NCBI GenBank assembly: GCA_963726055.1
Contig: CAVSAP010000006.1
Location: forward strand, 1,184,884 to 1,248,883
Direction of reading: 5' to 3'
Origin: an uncultured Chloroflexia bacterium
Lineage (GTDB): Bacteria > Chloroflexota > Limnocylindria > Limnocylindrales > CSP1-4
Length of the DNA: 64,000 nucleotides
Shown in pieces: positions 1-9,264 of this stretch. Made by a program: the position numbers and the translations under genes. Under the pieces are notes generated by a model. The model saw nothing but the letters and a program-made list of their open reading frames with translations, did no database searches and had not been told where the DNA came from. Each line of letters begins with the position of its first letter. Within the stretch, counting starts at the first letter, position 1.

Positions 1-136
1 CGATGAGCGTGAACAGCAGCGCGGCGGTGGCCGTGAAGGCGACGACCTGCGGGTAGCCGGCCTGGATCATCGACCAGGACGTCAGGATGTTCAGCGTCCA
101 GAGGACGACCCCGACGATGATCAGCGGGATGTTCAT
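1..136 (-). CDS. Partial membrane protein (runs off window start)
   Basis: Manual translation MNIPLIIVGVVLWTLNILTSWSMIQAGYPQVVAFTATAALLFTLI...; hydrophobic, GC3-rich codons; alternative in-frame ATG at 175. Confidence 0.6.
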   Translation of the reverse strand, partial: MNIPLIIVGVVLWTLNILTSWSMIQAGYPQVVAFTATAALLFTLI

Positions 137-270
137 GAGGGAAGTGTCCGCGACAACCGCGCCGCCGTAACGCATCTGAGAGTCCCCGACCGGCGGGTAC
201 ATGAGTACCACCAGACCGCCCTCAGCCGCACACGAAGCGTTGATGGCACGCTGCGGGGTGCTTCCTCCGA

Positions 271-2563
271 TCAGGCCCCGGCTGGGATCGCCTCGGGCTC
301 GTCGGTCTCGCCCTCGATCGTGACGCGCGGCAGCCAGCCGAGCCAGCCGGGCAGCCACCAGTTCCAGTCGCCGAGCAGACGCATCGTGGCCGGCAGCAGG
401 ACGCTGCGGACGATCGTCGCGTCCAGGAAGACGGCGACCGCGAGCCCGAGGCCGAGCTGCTTGATGATCGTCAACTCGAGCGTCACGAAGACCGAGAAGA
501 CGACGACCATGATCGCTGCCGCGCTCGTGACGGTGCCGGAGGTGATCGAGATTCCTCGGGCGACCGCCTCGTTCGACGACAGCCCGCGATCCCGCGCCTC
601 CTTGATCCTCGTGAGGATGAAGACGTGGTAGTCCATCGACAGCCCGAACAGGATCGTGAAGATGAAGACCGGGATGAACCCCTCGATCGGCCCGGGCTTG
701 AAGCCGAGGAGACCGGCGAGGTTGCCGTCCTGGAAGACCCAGACGATGACGCCGTACGCGGCGCCGGTCGATAGGAGGTTCAGGATGATCGCCTTGATCG
801 GGATGACGATCGAGCGGAAGGCGACGAGCAGCAGCAGGAACGAGAGCGTCAGGACGAACGCCATGACGATCGGCATGCCCTCGGCATAGAACTCGACGAT
901 GTCGAGCGTGTACGCGGCGTCGCCGGTGACGAGCGCGTCGACGCCCGCCAATCCGCTGAACGCCGCCGGAACGGCGGTCGACCGGACCTCGCGGACGATG
1001 TCCCGGTTCCGAAGGTCGTTGCTGCCCCCCGCCATCAAGTAGGACACGAGAGCGACGTGGCCGTCCGACGAGATGTCCGTCCGGACCGGCTCGCTGATCC
1101 CGTCGATCGCGAGGACCGCCTCCGACAGCCGCTCGATGGCCGCCTTCGTCGGTTCCTCGTCGGCGCGGGTGACGACGACCTGGAGCTCGAGGGTCGATCC
1201 GGCCGGCCACTTCTCGTTCAGGACGTTCACGGCCTGTACGCCGTCGAGGCTGTCCGGGAACGCGGTGAAGTCCGCCTGGCCCATGTGGAGCCGGAGCACC
1301 GGCGATGCGAGCGCCAGCAGGAACAACGAACTTGCGGTCGCGGCGATGACCGGCCGGCGCATGACCGCCTTGACGACTACCGCCCAGAGCCCGCTCCCCT
1401 CCTCTCGGTCGCGACCGATGAACGGGAGCCGCAGCCGATTCACGCCGTCTCCGAGGATCGCCAGCGTCGCCGGCATGAACGTCAGCGAGCCGATCACCGC
1501 GACCAGGACGACCGAGATCGTGCCGATCGCCATCGACCGGAAGAGCGGGTCGTCGAGCAGGAACAGCCCGCCGATCGAGATCATGACGGCGAGGCCGGAG
1601 AAGAACACCGCGCGTCCGGCGGTGTTGCTCGCCACATGGATCGCGGCCAGCTTTTCCCGTCCATGCCGGCGTTCCGTCCGGAAGCGGGTGAGCATGAACA
1701 GCGAGTAGTCGACGGCGACCGCAAGCCCGATGAGGATCACCAGCTGACTCGCGTAGGGGCTCACCGGAGCCACGATCTGGCTGTAGAGGGCGAGAATGCC
1801 GAACGCGGCGAGGAGCGCCGTGATCGCCAGCACGAGGGGGATGACGGCGGCCACGACCGCCCCGAATGCGATGTAGCAGGATCAGGAACGTGAGCGGGAT
1901 CGTCAGCCGCAACGAATCGTCGAGGCCGCCGTTGATGAGCTCGCTGATCTCGTCGTTCGCGAGCGTGTTGTTGAGGGCGTGGATCCGGTAGGCCGAGTGG
2001 GCCGCCTTGACGTCTGCCACGAGCGCCGGCACCGGTTCCAACCGCGCGACCAGCGTCTCGCCATCGCCCGGGACGCGGGCAACGATCCTGACTGTCGTGC
2101 GGTCCGGCGAGACCAGCCCGGCCGAGGCCGGCACGGTCGTGGGATCCACGAGCTGCTCGAAGACCGGGCCCGTCGTTCCATCGACCGTCGACTGGATGGC
2201 GGCCATCCGCGCGACGATGTCCGAAATGGCGGCTGCGAATGCCGGATCGTCGACGGTCCCGTCGGGGTTCGAGACGACGAACAGGAATTGCTGGGACGCA
2301 TCCTCGGCGCCCTCGGTGTTGGCGGCGTTGTAGACGACGTAGGCCTCGCCGGCCTCGTACTTCGAGCGCTCGTCGTTCGAGACCGCTTCGGCGGCATTCG
2401 TGCCGCCGACGAGCAGGCTGGCCACGAAGACTCCGATCGTCGCGACGAACCAGACGACGAATACGGGCCAGCGATGGCGGGCGCTCCAGTCGGCCACGCG
2501 GACCGTCCAGGGCACGCTGACCGGTCGATGGACAGTCTCGGAAGTCGGGTCGGACGGGGTCAT
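271..2563 (-). CDS. MMPL/RND family transporter (one +1 frameshift near 1874)
   Basis: ATG 2563 with GGAG RBS gives MTPSDPT...WSARHRWPVFVVW; joins the 271..1854 ORF with GLAVAVDYSLF and FGLSMDYHVF MMPL motifs. Confidence 0.9.
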
Positions 2564-2699
2564 CGACTGAGCTCCAGGCGTGACGGGGGCGGTGACGGCC
2601 GGCCCCGCCGGAAGGAAGCGGCGAGCGAGGGCTAGGGTAGCCGAGGCGCGTCAACACGGATGTCGCAGGACCGGCCGGTCACCGGCTGCCCGACGTCGA

Positions 2700-3485
2700 T
2701 CAGCCGACCTTGCGCGCCTTCCAGACCTCCTCGCTCGGCCACTGGCGCGCCCACTCGTTCGTGACGTACGGGAAGTCGTTCGCCGCGGCCCCTTCCGCGG
2801 GATAGAGCTCGACCAGGTCCTCCACCTCGAAGGCGTTCGCTCGCAGCAGGCGGATCCAGTCGCCGTAGCCGAGGTGGAAGTTCACCGATTCGTCGCTCGT
2901 CCACTCGAGGCGGTGGAGCCCGCGATACGGCCGGACCATCGCGTTCGTGGCCGGCCTCCTCCGCGTCCGGCATGCAGAGCATGAGAATCGTCGCGTTGAC
3001 GAGGAAGATCAGGCTTCCACCCGGCCGAAGCAGGCGTGACGCCTCCGGGACCCAGGCGATACGGGATCGGCCCAGATCGAGGCGCCGTACTCGGAGATCG
3101 CGAGGTCGAAACTGGCGTCCGGATACGGCACCGTCTCCGCGTTGCCGTGCAGCAGCGGGAAGTCAAGCCCGTGCTGTTCCTGGAGGCGGCGAGCGGTCGC
3201 GAGCTGCTGTTCGGAATTGTCGATCCCGACCGGCCGCGCGCCACGTCGGGCCAGCCACGCCGACACGTAGCCCGTTCCGCAGCCGAGCTCGATCGTGTCC
3301 TTTCCGGCGAGATCGGCGGGCAGCAATCCGACCTCGGCCTCGGGGATGGCCCAGACACCCCACGTCTCCTCGCCAGGCTGAAGGGCCCAGCTCCGCTCGC
3401 CGCTCGCGACGAATTCGGGTGCCCATTCGTCCCAGGCACTTCGGTTGCGCCGGACGTGGTCGGGCAATGGCTCGGGTGTCGTCAC
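2700..3485 (-). CDS. Class I SAM-dependent methyltransferase (three +1 frameshifts near 3063, 3055, 2950)
   Basis: IELGCGTG SAM motif, FDLAISEYGASIW, then EASRLLRPGG and WARQWPSEEVW in successive frames. Confidence 0.85.
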
Positions 3486-3832
3486 TCTGCCGTCTCCAGC
3501 GACGCCGTCAATCGCTTTGGGGCGGTCTGGCGCCAGGCCTCGCGGATGAGCCCGTCGAGCTCCGCGAGGTCGATCCGGGTCAGATCGACGTCCAGCCAGC
3601 CGAATCGCCCGACGTAGGCGGCCGGCCGGAACGTCTCGGGATCCCGATCGACGAGGAATTCCTGGACCATCGGCGTCGACTTGATCGAGGCCCGGTCGCG
3701 CCCGTCGCCGCCCATCGCGAAGATCTTCTTGCGCACCCGGAACGTGACGTCGATTTCCCAGGTGAGGACCTCCTCGGCTTCCGGGAGCGACAGCGCGATC
3801 CGGCGGACGTCATCGAACGTGGGCACGATCAA
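3482..3832 (-). CDS. MmcQ/YjbR family protein
   Basis: TFRVRKKIFA...PAAYVGRFGW...AWRQTAPK pattern; 4-nt overlaps with both neighbours. Confidence 0.85.
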   Translation of the reverse strand: MIVPTFDDVRRIALSLPEAEEVLTWEIDVTFRVRKKIFAMGGDGRDRASIKSTPMVQEFLVDRDPETFRPAAYVGRFGWLDVDLTRIDLAELDGLIREAWRQTAPKRLTASLETAE

Positions 3833-4302
3833 CCGATGGCTTTCCGCAGGAACAGCCCGCTGACCCGGTAGCCGAGCCGCTCGTAGAACCGTTGCGCATC
3901 CGTGTTGCGAGCCGACATGTCGAGGATGACCACGCGGATGCCGCGCTCGAGCGCCCAGTTCTCGGCCGCTGCCATCAGGACGGTCCCGACCCCGGCATCG
4001 CGGGCGTCGTCGAGCACGCCGATGCCCACCTCGGCGGTCGGTACGGCGGCCACCATCGAACCGTCCGATGGAGGCGGGAGAAGGGCGATCGACACCGACC
4101 CAACCACCCGCCCGTCAACAGCGGCCGCGAGGTAGCCGGACGACCGACCGTCGTCTTCGATGATTCGGCGCAAACGCGCGGCCGCGGCGGCCGGGTCCGG
4201 CACCCGATAGTTGTCGGGATCGAGAGCGACGTGGAACCGAGCGCTCGACAGGTAGATCTCGAGGAGCGCATCGATGTCCTCGAGCGCCGCCTTCCGGATC
4301 AT
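3829..4302 (-). CDS. GNAT family N-acetyltransferase
   Basis: RDAGVGTVLM acetyl-CoA motif, N..AQRFYERLGY. Confidence 0.88.
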   Translation of the reverse strand: MIRKAALEDIDALLEIYLSSARFHVALDPDNYRVPDPAAAAARLRRIIEDDGRSSGYLAAAVDGRVVGSVSIALLPPPSDGSMVAAVPTAEVGIGVLDDARDAGVGTVLMAAAENWALERGIRVVILDMSARNTDAQRFYERLGYRVSGLFLRKAIG

Positions 4303-4310
4303 GGACCCCG

Positions 4311-5837
4311 TTACTGGTTGTCAATTTGGGCGCGTTGCAGCCGTCCGCTGAAATCGACGTAGATCGACTTCCACTCGGTGTAGGTGTCGAGGGCCGCGTG
4401 GCCGGCTTCGCGGTGGCCGTTGCCGGTCTCCTTCCAGCCACCGAACGGCAGGTGCGTTTCGGCGCCGGTGGTGCCCGCGTTGACGTAGACGATGCCCGTC
4501 TCGAAGTCGCGCATCGCCCGGAAGGCCGTGTTCGCGTCGCGCGTGAAGATCGATGACGAGAGGCCAAATCGAGTCTGGTTGATGGCGAGCACCGCCTCAC
4601 CGTATCCATCGACCGGGATGACCGACAGGACGGGCCCGAAAATCTCCTCCTGCGCGATCCGGTCCATCGGCCGCACGCCGGAGAACACCGTCGGCGTGAA
4701 GAAGTGGCCATGCACCAGGTCGCCATCGGTCGCCCGCTCGCCGCCGGTGACGAGCTCACCCTCTGCCCGGCCGATCTCGATGTACGACGCGACCTTGTCG
4801 ACCGCCCCGGCGTTGATGAGCGGACCGACGTCGGTCGCAGGGTCCGCACCCGGTCCGAGGCGGAGCGAACGAGCCTTCGATTCGAGGCGGCCGAGCAGTT
4901 GGTCGAGGACCGGGCGTTCGACAACGACGCGGCTCGCGGCGGTGCAGCGCTGGCCGGTCGTCCCGAAGGCAGACCAGAGGATCCCGTCGGTCGCGAGGTC
5001 GAGGTCGGCGTCGGCCATGACGACGATCCCGTTCTTGCCGCCGAGCTCGAGGCTGACGCGCTTCAGGCGGCGGGCCGCCCGCTCGGCGATCCGTCTGCCG
5101 GTCGTCGACGAGCCCGTGAACGAGATGACCGGCACGTCCGGTGAATCGACGATCGCGTCGCCGACGTCAGCTCCTGCGCCGGTCACGAGATTCACCGTAC
5201 CGGGCGGGAAGCCCGCCTCGGCCATCAGCTCGACGACGAGGGTCGCGCAGTGCGGGGTGTCGCTCGACGGCTTGAAGACGACGGTGTTGCCCGTGACCAG
5301 GGCCGGCATCGTCTTCCAGCACGGAATCGCGATCGGGAAGTTCCAGGGCGTGATGATCCCGGCCACGCCGATCGGCTGGCGGATGCTCATCGCCCATTTG
5401 TCGGGGAGCTCGGACGGGACGGTCTCGCCGAACATCCGCCGACCCTCGCCGGCCATCAGGAAGGCGATGTCGATCCCCTCCTGGACATCGCCCCGGGCCT
5501 CGGCGATGACCTTGCCCATCTCGCGACTCATCGCCTGCGAGAGCCGCTCCTTGTGCTCCGCCATCAGGGCGCCGAACCGGTACAGGATCTCGCCGCGCTT
5601 CGGGGCGGGCGTCCTCGCCCACATCGGAAATGCCGTCTCGGCCGCCTTCGTCGCCATGGCGACGTCGGCCGCCGTCCCCTGCTGGAACCGACCGATGACG
5701 TCGCGGGTGTCGGCCGGATTGCGGCTCTCGAACGTCTCGCCGCTCGTGGATTCGCACCACGTTCCAGCGATGAAGTGGCGGAAGGTGGGCGCGGCCGTGT
5801 CGCTCGTCGGTCGCTGTGGTGTCGCGGTCTCGGTCAT
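4311..5837 (-). CDS. Aldehyde dehydrogenase
   Basis: ITPWNFP, FTGS, LELGGKN, GQRCTA, EEIFGPV; ATG 5837 overlaps the thiolase stop (ATGA). Confidence 0.95.
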   Translation of the reverse strand: MTETATPQRPTSDTAAPTFRHFIAGTWCESTSGETFESRNPADTRDVIGRFQQGTAADVAMATKAAETAFPMWARTPAPKRGEILYRFGALMAEHKERLSQAMSREMGKVIAEARGDVQEGIDIAFLMAGEGRRMFGETVPSELPDKWAMSIRQPIGVAGIITPWNFPIAIPCWKTMPALVTGNTVVFKPSSDTPHCATLVVELMAEAGFPPGTVNLVTGAGADVGDAIVDSPDVPVISFTGSSTTGRRIAERAARRLKRVSLELGGKNGIVVMADADLDLATDGILWSAFGTTGQRCTAASRVVVERPVLDQLLGRLESKARSLRLGPGADPATDVGPLINAGAVDKVASYIEIGRAEGELVTGGERATDGDLVHGHFFTPTVFSGVRPMDRIAQEEIFGPVLSVIPVDGYGEAVLAINQTRFGLSSSIFTRDANTAFRAMRDFETGIVYVNAGTTGAETHLPFGGWKETGNGHREAGHAALDTYTEWKSIYVDFSGRLQRAQIDNQ

Positions 5838-7078
5838 GGCTGCACCCGCTCGAACGCTGCCGCGACGGAGCCGCCGCCGCCGAGGCAGAGCGTCGCGAGA
5901 CCGTATTGGCCCTCGCGCCGGTTGAGCTCGTGGAGAAGCGTCGCGACGACCCGTGCGCCGCTGGCCCCGATCGGGTGGCCGAGGGCAATCGCCCCGCCGT
6001 TCACGTTGACCTTGTCCCAGTCGAAGCCGAGCTCGCGGCCGTCGGCCAGGACCTGGGCCGCGAACGCCTCGTTGATCTCGACGAGATCGAACGCCTCGAT
6101 CGGCAGCTCGATCCGGTCGAGGAGGCGGCGGACGCCCTGGATCGGAGCGAGGAACAGCCACTTCGGCTCGACCTCCGCCTGGGCATAGCCGACGATCCGG
6201 GCGAGGGGCTTGAGGCCGAGGCGCTCGACGGCGCGCTCGCTGGCGACGATCGTCGCGGCGGCCCCGTCGGTGATGCCCGGGGCGTTGCCGGCGGTGACGG
6301 TGCCGGTTGTCGCGTCGCCGCGGTCCGGCCCGTCCGGCAGGGCGAATGCCGGCTTGAGTCGGGCGAGGGCCTCGGCGGTGGAGTCGCGGCGCGGGCCTTC
6401 GTCGACGGATACCTCCGTTTCGCGGCCCTTCGCGTCGCGAACGGTGACCGGCACCAGCTCGTCGTCGAAGCGGCCGGCGTCGATGGCGGCAACGGCTCGT
6501 TGATGTGAGGCGAGGGCGAAGGCGTCCTGGTCCTCGCGGCTGACGTGACTGCCGATCGCGACGCGCTCCGCGTGCGTGCCCATGTGGCAGTCCTCGACCG
6601 TGCACCACAGGCCATCGGCCACGGTCGAATCGACGAGCTCACCGCTGCCCAGGCGGTAGCCGAACCGCGCGTTGCGCAGCAGGAACGGAGCCTGGTTCAT
6701 CGATTCCATGCCGCCGGCGACGACGACCTCCGCGTCGCCCGCCCGGATCTCGGCGGCGGCGAGCATGATCGCCTTGAGCCCCGAGCCGCAGACGCGGTTG
6801 ATCGTCGTCGCGCTCGTTCCGTCCGGCAGCCCGGCCCGCAGCGCTGCCTGGCGCGCCGGTGCCTGGCCGACCCCTGCCTGGAGGACCTGGCCCATCAGGA
6901 CCTCGTCGATCGGGGTCCCGTCGGGCAGGCCAGCCCGCTCGACCGCTGCCCGGATGGCGACGCCGCCCAACTCGACCGCCGGGGTCGTGGCCAGTGCCCC
7001 TCCGAACTTCCCGATTGGTGTCCGGGCGGCGCTGACGATGTAGACATGCCCGTTGCGGCCATTGAATTGATCGGTCAT
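5834..7078 (-). CDS. Acetyl-CoA C-acyltransferase (thiolase)
   Basis: INRVCGSG, NEAF, GHPIGASG, CLGGG motifs; TAAATT 6 nt before ATG. Confidence 0.95.
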   Translation of the reverse strand: MTDQFNGRNGHVYIVSAARTPIGKFGGALATTPAVELGGVAIRAAVERAGLPDGTPIDEVLMGQVLQAGVGQAPARQAALRAGLPDGTSATTINRVCGSGLKAIMLAAAEIRAGDAEVVVAGGMESMNQAPFLLRNARFGYRLGSGELVDSTVADGLWCTVEDCHMGTHAERVAIGSHVSREDQDAFALASHQRAVAAIDAGRFDDELVPVTVRDAKGRETEVSVDEGPRRDSTAEALARLKPAFALPDGPDRGDATTGTVTAGNAPGITDGAAATIVASERAVERLGLKPLARIVGYAQAEVEPKWLFLAPIQGVRRLLDRIELPIEAFDLVEINEAFAAQVLADGRELGFDWDKVNVNGGAIALGHPIGASGARVVATLLHELNRREGQYGLATLCLGGGGSVAAAFERVQP

Positions 7079-7135
7079 GGATCAAATTTACACCTGGTAA
7101 GCCTCGGATAAGGCCGACGGGCCAGACTGCCCGGA

Positions 7136-7921
7136 ATGGACGATCAGCGGCTCGGCTCTCGCTGTCAGGGCGCTCCGGCATTCGCCGTCGGCTGACGCCA
7201 GGTGGACGTCGCGACGCGCCGCCGGGGATCTCGCCGGCGTCGTGGTGCGGATCGAAGCCGGTCGACTCGACGAGGTCTCGTTCGGCGACGTGCGGCGCTC
7301 GCCCGCGCTCGACGCTCGCTTCGAGGGCTCGTCGCTGGCGGGCGCCGACCTGGATCGCCTGTCAATCGAGGCCAGCCACTCGGCGATGACGAGACGCTCG
7401 TCCGGCGGCTCGAGCCTGATCGGCGGATGGGTCGTCCAGCCCGAGGTCTCGTTTGCTCGATCTACGGTGAGCGAGGCGTGATCGACATCGTCGCGTGGCA
7501 TCCCGGCCGTCGCGCACGTTGCTCGTGATCGAGCTGAAGACAGGATCGTCGACGTCAGCGAGCTGATGGCGACGTGGATCGTACCGTCGCCGGGTCGCCT
7601 GCAAGATCGCCGCGGATCACGGCTGGGATCGCCGTCGCGGTCGCGGTCTGGGTCGTGGTCGCGCCGACCGCACGAACCGCGCGAGTCGCTCTCCGATCAG
7701 CGCGACGCGTCCTACGAGCGAAGTTCCCGGCCGACGGCCGCTCGATGCGACGGTGGCTGGCGAGGCCGATCGGCGACCTCGCTGGCCTGAGTTTCCTGCC
7801 GAAGTCCTCGCGTGAGGCGAGACCTTGGGCGCCGATCCGACGACGACCGCGCCACGCCGAATGCCCGTCGCCGAGCCGGATCGATCATGCCTGCCGAATT
7901 CGCGTCGGTCGACGGGCATGA
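7136..7921 (+). pseudogene. Heavily frameshifted HTH-XRE plus PD-(D/E)XK-like nuclease-domain gene
   Basis: Fragments across frames: MDDQRLG..VRALRIRRRLTQVDVATRAGIS..VRIEAG (XRE HTH); PEVSF.IYGERGVIDIVAWHP..LLVIELKT; FPADGRSMRRWL. Confidence 0.65.
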
Positions 7922-7982
7922 AACGTCGAACCGGGGTCACGATTCTGGCGCCGAGGATCTGCGCCACGGCGACTTGTGGCGC
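7861..7982. repeat. Inverted repeats at the 3' end of the HTH-nuclease gene
   Basis: ATGCCCGTCG (7861-7870) / CGACGGGCAT (7910-7919); GCGCCAC-N8-GTGGCGC (7961-7982). Confidence 0.55.
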
Positions 7983-8028
7983 GAAAGCCGCCGCCGCGCG
8001 GCGGCCGCGGCGCGGCGCCACTCCCCTC

Positions 8029-9181
8029 TCAGCCCGGGGCCGCCCGCTTGAACACCTCGTCGGCGACGATCATGCGGTGGATCTGGTTCGTGCCCTCGTA
8101 GATCTGGGCGCCCTTCGCGTCGCGCATCAGCCGTTCGATCCCCGTCTCGCGCGAATAGCCCGAGGCGCCGAAGAGCTGGACCGCATCTGTCGCGACGCGC
8201 ATCGCGGTGTCGGAGGCCGTCCACTTCGCGAGCGATGACGCCTCGCCGATCGGCTCGCCGCGGTCCTTCGCCGCCGCTGCCTGCCGCGTCAGCGCCCGTG
8301 CCGCCTCGACGTCCCGTGCCATCTCCGCGACCATGAACCGCAGCCCCTGCTGCTCCGCCAGTACTCCCCCGAACGCTCGCCGCTCAGCCAGGTACCGCGC
8401 CGCCTGCTCGAGCGCCGATCGTGCCAGGCCCACGCACGCGGCCGCGATCGAGATCCGCCCCTCGGCCAGGGCGGACAGGGCGATGCGATACCCGTCCCCC
8501 TCCTCGCCGAGTCGGTTCGCAAGCCGGGACCACCGCCCCATCGAAGACGAGCTCCGCCGCCGGACACGACCGGATGCCCATCTTCCGCTCGTGCGCCCCG
8601 AACCCGAAGCCGGGCATTCCCTTCTCCACGAGGAAGGCCGTGATCGCCGACGGTCCGGCGGCGGGGTCCAACGAGGCGAAGACCAGGTATCGGTCGGCTT
8701 CCGGCGCATTCGAGATCCAGATCTTCGTCCCGGTCAGCCGATACGAGTCGCCGTCGCGCTCGGCGCGGGTCCGGATCGCGCCGGCATCGGACCCGGCGTG
8801 GGGCTCCGTCAGGGCGAACGCCCCGAGCGCCTCGCCGGTGATCATCGGGCCGAGCCAGCCGGCGTGCTGCTCGGCAGTTCCCCACGTCACGACGGGGTAC
8901 TGCGACAGGATGTGGACCGACAGGGTCACGGCCGACGCCATGTCGGCTGCCCCCAGCTCCTCCATCACGAGCGTCCAGCCGAGATAGCTGAAGCCCGCCC
9001 CACCGACCGACTCGGGCAGCGGCGCGCCGGTCAACCCGAGATCGCCCATCCGCTCGAAGATCGACCGGTCGAAGCGCTCGTTCTCGTCGCGATCCCCGGC
9101 GCCGGGCGCGACCTCGCGGGTCGCGAATTCACGGGCGGTGTCGCGGAGGAGGCGCTCCTCCTCGGTCAGCGGCCAGCTCAG
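8029..9181 (-). CDS. Acyl-CoA dehydrogenase (one +1 frameshift near 8522; apparent CTG start)
   Basis: FALTEPHAGSD, GTKIWISN, KMGIR, AVQLFGASGY, QIYEGTNQI; GGAGG 7 nt before CTG at 9181. Confidence 0.9.
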
Positions 9182-9264
9182 GGCATCTCCTCCGGTCGCG
9201 TCCTGTCGGGGTTCACCGGCGCGCCGGGCGGTAGCCGCCCCGGCGTGGAGCGTAGGATACCCGC

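Noticed and set aside
176-210. NarL-type heptamer (ATGAGTA) upstream of the first partial gene
   Set aside because: Single short match with no clear partner site and no regulator visible.
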